64,000 nt of DNA from an uncultured Mollicutes bacterium (GTDB taxonomy: Bacteria; Bacillota_I; Bacilli_A; RFN20; CAG-826). Position numbers and translations under genes: made by a program. A model generated the notes under the pieces. That model was not told the DNA's origin. It saw only the letters and a program-made list of their open reading frames with translations, and searched no databases. Of this stretch, positions 18,473 to 28,593 are shown one piece after another. The first letter of the stretch is position 1. Every line of letters starts with the position of its first letter. Location: the NCBI GenBank assembly GCA_945936135.1, contig CAMESG010000001.1, forward strand, positions 66,748 through 130,747, written 5' to 3'.

Positions 18473-20124
18473 CAGTCTTTTACCTCCAAATATACCGTGC
18501 TATAGGGGGAAAGCTGCAATCGGCAGCCTTGATAGTAATCTTTGCCTAGCGAGATCGAGGTATCGAGTTCCAGTCCTTCCGGCATGATCGCCGTCATTTG
18601 AGGCTCGTTGGACATATTGCGGACGAGATAGCCTTTGGTATTTCCATCCACGACGATGCGGTTCATCGATAGTTTCTCGCTATCGCGGCCATAGGTAAGA
18701 TGGATTCCATAGCCGATTTCTGGATGATCGGCGCGGAATTGCAGCACTTTCTTGTAGTAATTCGTGATGCTGCCTTCACGTTCAATCTCTTCTAAAGCGC
18801 CGACAGTCACCTGATCCTTAGGCTCTTTCACGCCGTCGTAGATCTTGGTTGGCCGGAGCGTGTCTTTCGAGGCGTCGCCGATCCATTGCATCGGCAAGCG
18901 CCTCGCCGCGTCCGTCCCTTCGCCCCCGCGCGTACCTTTTAACAGGATCTCTTCCCCGTAATAGATCGTGGGGGTGCCCGGGGTCAATAGATAGGAGGCA
19001 GCGGTCAATTTGACGAGGTCCTCGCTATCCTTCGGGGCGTAACGGTTCATGTCGTGGTTGTTCAAAAAATAGACCGGGTGATTAAGCCCGCCGCTTTTGT
19101 TCAGCGTCGTCTTTTGGTTTTCGTAGACGCGGGAAGCGAACGAATAGGGTTCTCTCCTTTGATAGGCATAGTTGACCATGCCGGCGCGCATGCCGGCGCC
19201 GCTGCAGGTCGGGAAGTTGAACAAAGGCATCGTCGAGGTCACTTGGTCCAAAGTCGATTGGCTGAAGCCATCCCACCATTCGCCGACCAGAAGGACATCG
19301 CTTTTTAGCTTTCTTGCCTCCGCGGCCAATTCGTCGAGGTAGGCGACGCTGTCCTGAGCGCTAGAAAGCATGAAGTAACGGCAACCGTCGAAGCGAAAGC
19401 CCGCGACCCCCAAATCGAGGTAGTGTTTTAGAATCGCCGCCTGCTTCTTCTTCACGCTAGGGCTTTTGAGGTTGAATTCCGGCATTTGCGAAGAGAAATT
19501 GCCTTCGTAATACAAGCCGACGTTGTTCCAGTTGATGCTATGGCGTTGCCCCGAGACTTCTTCACGAACGTTCGAGAGAACGAAGTCGTTCCCGACATCG
19601 TTTAGATCCGCCTTCATGGCTTCCAACGTGCCGTCTTTGACGTGATTCGAATAGGAATTGCAGGCGTCTTGGAACCATTGGGATTCCTTTGAGGCGTGGT
19701 TGAAGACCATGTCCATGACGATCCCGATTCCCTTTTCTTTCGCCGCGGCGATCAAGGCCTTGAAGCCATCGAGCCCTCCATAGGTCTCATCGATCGCGTA
19801 ATAGTCCTTCACATCATAATGGTGATAGGTCGGCGAAGGATGGATCGGGGAGAGCCAAAGGTAGCCGACGTTTAAGGACTTCAGATAATCCAAACGGTCG
19901 ATGATGCCTTGGAAATCGCCGATGCCATCGCCATTGCCATCCGCGAAGGAATAGACAAGGATCTGATAGATCGGGAGGTTTTTGGTTTTGCCAACGTAAG
20001 AGGTCGGCATCTCAGGCGGGACATCTTCGTAGATATCGCCTCCACTTAAAACGGGCGCGGTTTCGCACGAAGCAAGACTCGCGCCAAGAAGGGCGCAGAG
20101 CGCCAAGCGGTGAACGTGTTTCAT
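18472..20124 (-). CDS. GH13 alpha-glucosidase/alpha-amylase-family lipoprotein
   Basis: Signal MKHVHRLALCALLGASLASC; GH13 motifs DGIGDFQGIIDRLDYL, VMDMVFNHAS, GFRFDG, EWWDG, NNHD. ATGA overlap with the pullulanase start. The track ORF begins at a TTG 4 codons upstream. Confidence 0.75.
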   Translation of the reverse strand: MKHVHRLALCALLGASLASCETAPVLSGGDIYEDVPPEMPTSYVGKTKNLPIYQILVYSFADGNGDGIGDFQGIIDRLDYLKSLNVGYLWLSPIHPSPTYHHYDVKDYYAIDETYGGLDGFKALIAAAKEKGIGIVMDMVFNHASKESQWFQDACNSYSNHVKDGTLEAMKADLNDVGNDFVLSNVREEVSGQRHSINWNNVGLYYEGNFSSQMPEFNLKSPSVKKKQAAILKHYLDLGVAGFRFDGCRYFMLSSAQDSVAYLDELAAEARKLKSDVLLVGEWWDGFSQSTLDQVTSTMPLFNFPTCSGAGMRAGMVNYAYQRREPYSFASRVYENQKTTLNKSGGLNHPVYFLNNHDMNRYAPKDSEDLVKLTAASYLLTPGTPTIYYGEEILLKGTRGGEGTDAARRLPMQWIGDASKDTLRPTKIYDGVKEPKDQVTVGALEEIEREGSITNYYKKVLQFRADHPEIGYGIHLTYGRDSEKLSMNRIVVDGNTKGYLVRNMSNEPQMTAIMPEGLELDTSISLGKDYYQGCRLQLSPYSTVYLEVKD

Positions 20125-20184
20125 AGAAATTTGCAAACAAAGAAAGAGCGAGGGCAGGGATTCCGCCCTCGCTCATAATAGAGA

Positions 20185-21255
20185 CTAGCCCTTGACCGCG
20201 CCGCCGGTAACGCCGGAGACGTAGTACTTTTGCATGAAAAGGAAGAGGATCGTGGTCGGTAGAGCGACGACGATGGCTCCCGCGCAGAAGGACGCCCAAT
20301 AGTTCGGAAGCGCCTGGAGGTCGAGGCCGCCTTGGCCCGCGACGATCATGCGGTAGAGGATGAGCGCGACGGTCGTGTTGTCCTTCGCACTGTTGGACGG
20401 ACCCAAAATGTAGCTCGCGGTGATGTATTCCGCCCAGGGGCCCATGAAGGAGGTGAGAACGGTGTAGATGATGATCGGCTTCGAGAGCGGCATCGTGATC
20501 TTGTAGAAGATTTGGAAGCGCGTCGCGCCGTCGACCATCGCCGCTTCGTCGATCTGTTTGGAGATCGTGTCGAAGAAACCTTTGGAGATGTAGTAATTCA
20601 TCCCGGCGCCGCCGCTGTAGATGAGGATCAAGCCCCAAATCGAGCGGTAGAACACCGTCACGCCCGCTTGGTTGAGGATGCGGAAGAGGTTGTAGAGGAT
20701 GACCAAGCCTAGGAAGCTAGGGAACATGCCGAGGATCATGATCAAACGCATCATGAACGTGCGGCCTTTGAAACGCAAACGCGAGAAGGCGTAAGAGGTG
20801 CAAAGGACGAAGAACGTGGAGATGATGGTCGTGATCACGGCAATGATCAAGGTGTTGGAGAAGCCGCCCAAGCAAAGCCTTCCGGTGCGATCAACGTAAC
20901 CGAAGAAGTTGAAGGCGGAATCCTGAACTCTCGAACTCGTGGCGCTATAGATTTTGTTCGTGAACAAGAAGAGATAGTTGCCAAACGGCCCGAGGGTGTA
21001 ACGGTAAGTAACCGAAGGATTCAAGGGATTCGGCTGTCCTTCAATGACTTGGAAATCCCAGATGCTCGGGATGAATTTGCTCGAACTTTGGATCCCTTCC
21101 CCCGTGAAGGATTGGAGAACCAACCAGACAATGGGAAGGATCCAGATGATGGACATCACCGCCAAGAGGATGTAAATCAAGGTGGTGGAGGTAATGCGAA
21201 GTGCCTTCTGCGAGGCGTGGAACTTCTTTTCGTTTTCCAAAACTGCGGTAGCCAT
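20185..21255 (-). CDS. malG: sugar ABC transporter permease (MalG-like)
   Basis: 356 aa with six TMs and a type I ABC permease EAA-like loop (DEAAMVDGATRFQIFYKITMPLSKP). Confidence 0.8.
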   Translation of the reverse strand: MATAVLENEKKFHASQKALRITSTTLIYILLAVMSIIWILPIVWLVLQSFTGEGIQSSSKFIPSIWDFQVIEGQPNPLNPSVTYRYTLGPFGNYLFLFTNKIYSATSSRVQDSAFNFFGYVDRTGRLCLGGFSNTLIIAVITTIISTFFVLCTSYAFSRLRFKGRTFMMRLIMILGMFPSFLGLVILYNLFRILNQAGVTVFYRSIWGLILIYSGGAGMNYYISKGFFDTISKQIDEAAMVDGATRFQIFYKITMPLSKPIIIYTVLTSFMGPWAEYITASYILGPSNSAKDNTTVALILYRMIVAGQGGLDLQALPNYWASFCAGAIVVALPTTILFLFMQKYYVSGVTGGAVKG

Positions 21256-24017
21256 TATTGGAATGCCTCCTCATTTTGCGTGGATCCAAGCCTCTTGTAC
21301 GCGATGAGCGAGAAGAAGGCGCAGATCACGAAGATCATGATGCCGATGACGGAACCGATGCCGTATTTCGGGTTGGTCGCGTTGACCGTCATCCTGTAAA
21401 GCCAAGTGATCAACAAGTCAGTGTATTGCGGCGCTTCGGCTCCAAGGGAAGCGAAGGCCGAGTTCGACGGTCCACCGCCGGTAAGGAAGTAGATGACGTT
21501 GAAGTTGTTGATGTTGCCGATGAACGTGGTGAGCAAGCTCGGACCGGTCACGAAGAGGATGTAGGGCATCGTGATCTTCCAGAATTGCTTCCAAGGCGAA
21601 GCTCCATCGATGCGGGCGGATTCGTAAAGGTCCTCTGGGATGTTCATCAAGATTCCGGTCGTGCTGAGCATGGTATAGGGGATACCAATCCAGCAGTTGA
21701 TCACGATGAGCATCAACTTCGGCAAGAAGGCGTTGTTCGCAGGATTCGCGAGCCAGAAGAGAACCGGGCTATCGATCCAATGCATGTCGTTATAAAGCCA
21801 GGTAGCCACCGGACCGTTATCCGCGAACATCTTGCGCATGACAAGAAGCGTAATGAATTGCGGAACGGCGATCGAGATAACGAAGAACGTGCGCCACATC
21901 TTCTTCAATTTGATGTGCTTGTTGTTGATAAGCAAAGCAAGCACGATGCCGAAAATGTAGTTAAGGAAGGTCGCGAAGAACGCCCAGGTGAGGGTCCAAA
22001 TCAAGACCGATCCGAAGGCGGATCCGAACGAATCGCTGCCCAACCCAAAGAATTTGATGATGGAATCCCAACTCCAGTCGAAGACGCCTCTGGAGACGTT
22101 ATCGACCGTGCCGGTCTTGTTGTAGTTCGTAAAGGCGATAACGATCGAGAAGAGCAAGGGGAGGACGCTGAAGATCGAGGCGCCAAGAACCGGCAAAGAC
22201 AAGACCGTGACGGCGAATTTCTCGTCGAGGTATTGCTTCGACTTCTTCTTGAAGCGGATCGGTTCGCCATAAAGCGGCGAGATCTTGTAGTTCTCCTCTA
22301 GCGAATCGAGGTGACCCGCCAAACGCCCAAGGAGATCTTGAATGCGCGCTTCGTCGTCTTTGCAGACGCGAATCGCATAAGCGTAATCTTCATAGACGCG
22401 AATGGCGTCATCCTTGGTCATCTTATGGTCGCTCATGCAGCAAGAGACGAAGACGTTCTTACCTTGGTCAAAGTCTGCGCGGAGCGATGCGTAGCTGAGA
22501 TAGGCTTCTTTCATGCCAAGGCGGGAAGCCGTGGCGATCCTATCGTAGGTTTCCACGAATTGATCGAGTTTATCGTGGCGACGCGCGGTGGTCTCGGCAA
22601 GAAGCTCAAGCGTATCCTTGCCTTCTTTCAAGGCGCGTTTGCGGCAGATCAAATAGATCTTCGAGGCCGAAAGCGCGGCTTCGTAAGAGCATTCAAAGGC
22701 TCCGACGACGCGGCTAGCGACGACTTTGGCCTTCAATTTTTCATTGTTTCGATCAATGGGAGCGACGTTGTTGGACTTGGAAGCCGGGTCTTCTGCGAAG
22801 ATCGCTTGATCCAAAAGGGTCGGGTTGTCCAAGACCTCCAGGAGGTTCGTCGCGTCGCGAACGATCGGATTGTAGCGATTGTATTTGTCGTAGGTATGGC
22901 GATGCGCGTTGATCTGAGCGATCAATTCGTTCTCGACCGGGACGAAACCGCGCACCGGGGCGGGTTTCTTCATCTCCCAAACAAGATACTTAGCAAAGAT
23001 TCCAGACCATTTGCCTTTGAGCAAAACGGCGCACATCTTCTTGTATTTTGCGTAAATCGCTTCATGGCATTGGTGCAGTCTGAGTTTCAGGCCGTTGTCG
23101 GGCTTGACGTTGAGGCGATTGGGGCGAATGTAGCTGATATAAAGCGCGGAAAGACGGCTATAGCCATAGACGTTCCGCATCTCGCGGTAGAGCTTGCCCG
23201 GCGAAAGGAAGCGGACCTCGCTGCGGGTTTTCCCGTCTTTGCAAGGTACTTCCACCATTTCAAAGGTCGTTTTGAACTCTTCGAGGTGACGAACGTAATA
23301 AAGCGCGTCTTCTTTCGCCGTCAAGAAGCGGTAGTTCTCTGTGATGACATAGGCATCGTATGCGCTTCGCACGCCCGCGTTCCAAACAAAGAAATAAAGG
23401 CAGATCAAGACGATCGTGATCAAACCCAAAATCAAACCTTGGATGGAAGCGTAGAAAGGAAGCGGGTTGACCGAGGGATCCGATCCCCTGCTCGCTTCGC
23501 CAAGGAAGATGAAATTGTAGATGTTGGTGATGCCGCCGAAGAACATAAAGAGAACGAAAGCAATCTCAACGCCTAGGAAGACGCAACCATCCACAATCTG
23601 GCCACGGCGGAAATTGCCTAAGCCACTAAAGAAAAAGCTCGCCTTGACGGATCCATCGCCTTCTCTCCACATGCGGTTTAGCTTGCGGAAATAATGCCCG
23701 ATCCCCAAAACGATCTTGTAAATGCCAACGAAAAAACCTTGAATCACTTGCCAGAGCGCCTTAAAGACGTCGAGCAAGATGCTAAGGAGGAAAAGACCGA
23801 GCGAGAGCAACGATTCAAGAATGCTGTTGCCAAGGCTCACATACCACCTTTCTTTTTCAAACGTTGTATTCGCCAACGTATCGATGCCCGAGAAATCGAT
23901 CGAGGAAGGCTCGTTTTCATCGACTTTGACAACCGATGAGACCGCGTCCTCATTCACCGATGGAGCGCTTTCTTCAGGCTTACATTCGACGGTTGGCTTT
24001 TGGTTATTTTCATCCAT
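21255..24017 (-). CDS. malF: sugar ABC transporter permease (MalF-like) with a ~390 aa inserted domain
   Basis: 920 aa. The C-terminal 320 aa is a canonical MalF/UgpA core (ESARIDGASPWKQFWKITMPYILF). Four N-terminal TMs are followed by a ~390 aa hydrophilic, basic, Cys/His-containing insertion before the core. ATGA overlap with malG. Confidence 0.75.
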   Translation of the reverse strand: MDENNQKPTVECKPEESAPSVNEDAVSSVVKVDENEPSSIDFSGIDTLANTTFEKERWYVSLGNSILESLLSLGLFLLSILLDVFKALWQVIQGFFVGIYKIVLGIGHYFRKLNRMWREGDGSVKASFFFSGLGNFRRGQIVDGCVFLGVEIAFVLFMFFGGITNIYNFIFLGEASRGSDPSVNPLPFYASIQGLILGLITIVLICLYFFVWNAGVRSAYDAYVITENYRFLTAKEDALYYVRHLEEFKTTFEMVEVPCKDGKTRSEVRFLSPGKLYREMRNVYGYSRLSALYISYIRPNRLNVKPDNGLKLRLHQCHEAIYAKYKKMCAVLLKGKWSGIFAKYLVWEMKKPAPVRGFVPVENELIAQINAHRHTYDKYNRYNPIVRDATNLLEVLDNPTLLDQAIFAEDPASKSNNVAPIDRNNEKLKAKVVASRVVGAFECSYEAALSASKIYLICRKRALKEGKDTLELLAETTARRHDKLDQFVETYDRIATASRLGMKEAYLSYASLRADFDQGKNVFVSCCMSDHKMTKDDAIRVYEDYAYAIRVCKDDEARIQDLLGRLAGHLDSLEENYKISPLYGEPIRFKKKSKQYLDEKFAVTVLSLPVLGASIFSVLPLLFSIVIAFTNYNKTGTVDNVSRGVFDWSWDSIIKFFGLGSDSFGSAFGSVLIWTLTWAFFATFLNYIFGIVLALLINNKHIKLKKMWRTFFVISIAVPQFITLLVMRKMFADNGPVATWLYNDMHWIDSPVLFWLANPANNAFLPKLMLIVINCWIGIPYTMLSTTGILMNIPEDLYESARIDGASPWKQFWKITMPYILFVTGPSLLTTFIGNINNFNVIYFLTGGGPSNSAFASLGAEAPQYTDLLITWLYRMTVNATNPKYGIGSVIGIMIFVICAFFSLIAYKRLGSTQNEEAFQ

Positions 24018-24040
24018 ATAAGCGTCCCTTTTTGCGAAAG

Positions 24041-24068
24041 GCGGGCCTCAGACAATGCCGAGGCCCGC
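24041..24068 (-). promoter_or_regulatory. intercistronic stem-loop between malE and malF
   Basis: Perfect 9-bp stem GCGGGCCUC-10 nt-GAGGCCCGC with no U-tract, located between the malE stop (24117) and the malF RBS. Confidence 0.5.
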
Positions 24069-24116
24069 TATTCGCTTACCTAATTAATGAAACGAAACGA
24101 CGAACCACAGGTTGGA

Positions 24117-25365
24117 TTAGTCGTTCTTGAGAACCGCGGTTTCGCAGATCAAGAGCGCAGCTTTCGCTTCGTCCTCGGTCATGACGGCTTCTTGGTTCAA
24201 GACGGTTTCCATCAAGGTCTTACCGGCATCCCACCAGGTCTGGCGAGCGTGCGTGGCTTGGACAACGGACTTGCCGGCGACTTGTTGGGCGGCGAGGCTG
24301 TTCAAGAACGGGTTCTGCCAGAGTTCGGTCTTGGCGACGACGGTCGCGTCGGTAACGCCGTGTTCGAGTTCAACGAGACGCTTTTCTTGATTCGCAGTGT
24401 TCGTGATGAACTTGACGAATTCCTTCGCAGCGGAAACGGCAGCGGCATCACGTCCTTTGTTGATGACGCCAGCGCCTTTGTAACCGGCATAGGTGTAGAG
24501 TTGCTTGTCGACACCGCCGAGTCTGACGGTCGGAAGTTGGGCAACGCCGACCTTGTCTTCGCCGATGGCATCGCGGACGGTGCCGTAGGCGTTCCAGATG
24601 ATCTGGGCGCACTTGCGGTTGACGCCAGCGCTCGGGCCGAAGTTGTTGCCTTGGGCTTCGTTGACGATGGTGTCTTTGTAATCATTCCAGAGTTGGCTGT
24701 AGTGCATCATGACTTCGACGCCCTTGCCGGAGGAAGCGATGTCGCAGACGAATTCGTCGTTGGCATTGTATTCGATCTTGACGCCATTGGCGAAGAACGG
24801 AGCGGGGACGTACCAAGCATCGGTGAAGTTGTAGCCGACTTTCCAGCCGTTTTCTTTGGCCTTGGCAAGCAAGCCTTCGAGGCTCTTGACATCGTCAGCG
24901 GTGACAAGGTCCTTGTCGTAGATGAGCTGATAGCCGTTGTCGCCACGATAGGGGATACCATAGGTCTTGCCCTTGAGTTGCATGGAGCCGACGGCGGTGG
25001 CACCGCTTTGGGCAATCATCGCGTTGGTTTCTTCGGCGGTCCATTCGACGATCGCGTTGGCGGCGACCAAGTCGCGGATGTTGTCGTCAGCGAGAAGGAC
25101 GACGTCCGGAGCGGCGGTGATGTCTTGCAAGACTTGGGTCTTGACTTCGCCTTCGCCGATGATCTTGTCGAACTCAAAGCGATAATCGAGGTCTTCTTTG
25201 TGGGCGGCATTGAATTCTTCGGCGAGACCCTTCAAGAAAACTTCGTCGGAGTCCGGTCCACAGAAGGTCAAAACGGGGCGTTTGTCGCCACCATTTCCAC
25301 CACAGGAGGCAAGGGAGACCAAGGCAAGGCCAAGAGTCAAGATGCCAATTTTTTTATTGATCATT
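24117..25365 (-). CDS. malE: maltose/maltodextrin-type ABC substrate-binding lipoprotein
   Basis: Start MINKKIGILTLGLALVSLASCGG with AAAGGAG 9 nt upstream; the track ORF extends to a TTG at 25418. MalE/sugar SBP-like fold length (416 aa). Confidence 0.75.
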
Positions 25366-25403
25366 AGAAACTGCTCCTTTCTTACAAAAATCATTCCGAG
25401 GTG

Positions 25404-25417
25404 TGAAAGCGCTTTCA
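25404..25417. promoter_or_regulatory. catabolite-responsive element (cre) in the malE leader
   Basis: Perfect 14-bp palindrome TGAAAGCGCTTTCA matching the cre consensus WTGNAANCGNWNNCW. It lies 39 nt upstream of the malE ATG and downstream of the candidate -10 TATAAT (plus 25479-25484). Confidence 0.5.
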
Positions 25418-25779
25418 AATGTTTTTTACTAATCAGTGAAGGCGCAACCGCCTCTTAGTAACTTTTGATCAACATGGGATTATACTACCCCCCCTTCGCG
25501 CGAAGCGTCAAGAAAAAATGTAAGCCCTTTCTCGTTTTTTTTCCGTTTCTTTTTTCGCCGAAAACAAGGCATTAATTCAAGCGTCACTTCTTTTTACTTT
25601 TTCTAAGGGATTCGGACCCTAATCGCTTTTTTCATATTTATGAAGGCATTTGGAAGGATTTAAGGAAGAACAAGCCCAAGAGGGTGAAAGAATAAAAATT
25701 ATACAAATTGCTTCCTTTTGTCTTGATTTCTCTTTCGGTTCTCTTGGGGCGCATTCCTTCTTGAGAATATTTTCACACG

Positions 25780-25808
25780 AAAAAAAGAGGAGCGTTTCCA
25801 CTCCTCTC
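25780..25808 (-). terminator. rho-independent terminator after the second pullulanase gene
   Basis: GAGAGGAG-tggaaacg-CTCCTC followed by TTTTTTT on the minus strand, 14 nt after the stop. Confidence 0.65.
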
Positions 25809-25821
25809 TGCAAGATTTCCC

Positions 25822-28593
25822 TCACCTGGAAGCAAGGATCGTTTGATAGGGTTTAAGTTCCGTTGCCGCGGAAAGTGCGGGTTCTTCTCCGTTCGTCGCC
25901 CATTCAAGGTTGTAGCCGGAGAGGTCAAGCGCATGTCCCGCCCCGGTAAGTCCGTTTCGATAGGCAATGCGGTAAGTTTTTTCTTCGCCTTTGAGTTCAA
26001 CGATGATCACGCCAGGGGCGCTGTTCATGACCGTGATGGGATTGGTTTCCTTCGTCGAAGCCTGCGCGAAGTCTTTGTTCTTCGTCTTGGTCGCGATCAT
26101 CTTTTTGTACATCTCGACCATATCGGCGTTTTCAATGGCCAAAGCGTAATCCAATTCGTTGACCTTCGTCCAAGAATCGAAGCCGTTATCGACCATTTCT
26201 TGGGTAAGGGGGTCACCGCCATAGGAATTGTGCGATCCACCTTTCGTGCGGAGGAATTCTTCGCCGGCGTTAAGGAAGCTCGTGCCAAGGCTCGTCAAAA
26301 CGAAGGAATTCGCCAAGACGTTCATCGCCTTTTTCTCTTCCTTTGTATAGGAAACGGTTTTGCCTCCGATGCTATTGGCCTTCGCCGCGGCGTCGAAGCG
26401 ATCGGAAAGCGTGTAGTTATCGTGGCACGTCACGTAGTTCACGGTCTTGTCCGCGTCATAGATGCGACCCGTAGAAAGCGTGTGGCCCGCCAAACCTGCG
26501 ACGATCGCCTCACGATCCGCGCTGCCGGTCGAAGAAACCAAATCGTCTTTCGCGGTGACGAACCCAATTTCGTTCGCGCCTTTCATGCCGCCTTTGATCA
26601 AGGCATCGCGCATGCCATCGTTGAATTGGCCGTATCCTTTATATTTATTGCCGTTGGCTTGGCTCGCGGCCTGCGATCCGCCAAGAGGACTCGTTCCGCC
26701 CGTCCAAGGCTCGCCATAGACGGCAATCGAAGGATCGATTTGTTTCAAAGAAGAGGCCACTTCTTCCATTGTGTCGAGATCTTCGAGGGCCATGAGGTCA
26801 AAGCGGAAGCCGCCGAGTTTGTATTCCTTCGCAAGGAAGTTCGCCGAATCGACGATGAAGCGGCGCATCATCGTGTGATTCGAGGCCGTTTCGTTGCCGC
26901 AGCCAGAGCCATTGGATAAGGCTTTGCCCGCGTCGGTGTAACGGAAGTAATACCCAGGCATCAAAACATCGAAATTTGAACCGCTGGCGCTGGAAACGTG
27001 GTTGTAGACAACATCCATCACGATGTTGATGCCGGCTTTGGTGTAGGCTTGCACCACTTCTTTGAATTCCTTGATTCTCGCATAGCCATCGTGCGGATCG
27101 CTCGAATATGCGCCCTCAAGAACATTGTAATTCAAGGGATTGTAACCCCAGTTGTAATCGCCGTTGATCTCGTCGTTGTCCTGATCGAACATCGGCATGA
27201 TCTGCAAGGCATTGAAGCCCAAGGAGGTAAGGTAATCAAAGCCCGTCGGGGTGGTTTTCCCGTCCTTAGAATAGCTCGTTCCCTTTTCGACCAAGCCGAG
27301 GTATTTTCCGCGATTGGCTTCTTTTCCCGTCCAGGTTTTCGAAGAGGTCACATCTTTGACGTGGGTTTCGTAAACCACGAGCTGCTTGCGGTCATAGGCG
27401 TTAACCTTGGTTTCTTCCCATCCTTCGGGATTGGTCTTGGAGAAATCGACGATCATCCCGCGGCGTCCATTGACTCCCGCGCCCCTGGCATAGGGGTCAA
27501 CGATCTCCTTGTTCTTATAGACCCCGTTGGTAACCAAGTAAGTATAGTACTTGCCACGAAGATCCTCGTTGATCGAGGCGGCGAACACGCCTTTCTCTCC
27601 TTTGGTCAATTCGACTTCCTTGTAGACGGTATCATTACCTTTAAGGGAATCTACGCTTTTTGGAGTTCCGGATTCATAGACGCGGAGCACGATTTTCGTG
27701 GACATCGGGCTCCAGACCGCGAATTTGGTCTCGGTATCGCTTGCCTCGACACCCAAGAAGCCATCGTAATCGTAGGCGTCCGTAAAGGCCTTGGTCTCGA
27801 AAAGAGGATAGAAGGAAACGGGCGTTTCCAGAACCACGCCCGATGCAAAGGTTACCTTCAGGGTGTAATTCGAGGTGATTTCAACGGTCGTTTTCGGTTC
27901 TAACTGTTGAGCAGAGGTCGGATTGGTCAACGTGAACGCTTCTTTCGAAACCCCATTTTCAAAGAGCTCGACCTTGTTGAATTTTCCGATCGTGTTCACG
28001 AAAAGGCGGATCTCATCAGAATTCGCGTTCGCGAAGAAATAGGCGTTGTTGATGGAATCTCTTGAGGTAGGCATGGTGTCGTAAATCGTGGAAATGCCGC
28101 TTTGAAGCCAGATTTCGTAATTTCCTTTCGCGTCCGCTTCGAGGGCGGACAAATCAATGAAGCGATCGGCGTCGCCGTCTTTGATGGCGCTTGCCCAGGG
28201 GCTTCCGTTGCCCTTGGTTTTCACGATCATTCCGATTTTCGCTTTGTCATAGCCGGCATCCATGCCCGTAACCTCGGACAAGGAATAATGGAAGATGGAT
28301 CCAAAGGAATCGATGCCATTGGGCTTATATTCGCTGCCATCCTTCCCATCGGCCCAAAGCCAGGTACGCCATTTGTTATATTCCGCGCGATCCTTGCCTT
28401 CGTTTTCAAGCCCATAATGGATCACAAGCTCGTTTTCTAACGCGTCTCGATCAATCGATTCGAGGGGCGCTTGGTAGTCATAGTCGTCCTCATTGCCGCC
28501 GCCAATGGAGGAAGAATCCCCACCGTTTTCGCCGCAGCCGGTCAAAAGCAACGCCAACATGGGCGCAGCAAGAAAGAAAAATTTTCGTTTCAT
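25822..28593 (-). CDS. pulA: type I pullulanase (GH13), second paralogue, lipoprotein
   Basis: Signal MKRKFFFLAAPMLALLLTGCG with GGAGA 5 nt upstream; YNWGYNP, DVVYNHV, GFRFDLM, YGEPW, YVTCHDN; paralogous to 15479-18472. Confidence 0.8.
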   Translation of the reverse strand: MKRKFFFLAAPMLALLLTGCGENGGDSSSIGGGNEDDYDYQAPLESIDRDALENELVIHYGLENEGKDRAEYNKWRTWLWADGKDGSEYKPNGIDSFGSIFHYSLSEVTGMDAGYDKAKIGMIVKTKGNGSPWASAIKDGDADRFIDLSALEADAKGNYEIWLQSGISTIYDTMPTSRDSINNAYFFANANSDEIRLFVNTIGKFNKVELFENGVSKEAFTLTNPTSAQQLEPKTTVEITSNYTLKVTFASGVVLETPVSFYPLFETKAFTDAYDYDGFLGVEASDTETKFAVWSPMSTKIVLRVYESGTPKSVDSLKGNDTVYKEVELTKGEKGVFAASINEDLRGKYYTYLVTNGVYKNKEIVDPYARGAGVNGRRGMIVDFSKTNPEGWEETKVNAYDRKQLVVYETHVKDVTSSKTWTGKEANRGKYLGLVEKGTSYSKDGKTTPTGFDYLTSLGFNALQIMPMFDQDNDEINGDYNWGYNPLNYNVLEGAYSSDPHDGYARIKEFKEVVQAYTKAGINIVMDVVYNHVSSASGSNFDVLMPGYYFRYTDAGKALSNGSGCGNETASNHTMMRRFIVDSANFLAKEYKLGGFRFDLMALEDLDTMEEVASSLKQIDPSIAVYGEPWTGGTSPLGGSQAASQANGNKYKGYGQFNDGMRDALIKGGMKGANEIGFVTAKDDLVSSTGSADREAIVAGLAGHTLSTGRIYDADKTVNYVTCHDNYTLSDRFDAAAKANSIGGKTVSYTKEEKKAMNVLANSFVLTSLGTSFLNAGEEFLRTKGGSHNSYGGDPLTQEMVDNGFDSWTKVNELDYALAIENADMVEMYKKMIATKTKNKDFAQASTKETNPITVMNSAPGVIIVELKGEEKTYRIAYRNGLTGAGHALDLSGYNLEWATNGEEPALSAATELKPYQTILASR

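Noticed and set aside
21258-23576. 347 aa and 421 aa plus-strand ORFs
   Set aside because: Antisense to malF; no motifs, and R/D/E/G-rich.
24087-25367. 426 aa plus-strand ORF
   Set aside because: Antisense to the malE lipoprotein gene; Gly/Asp/Val-rich low complexity.
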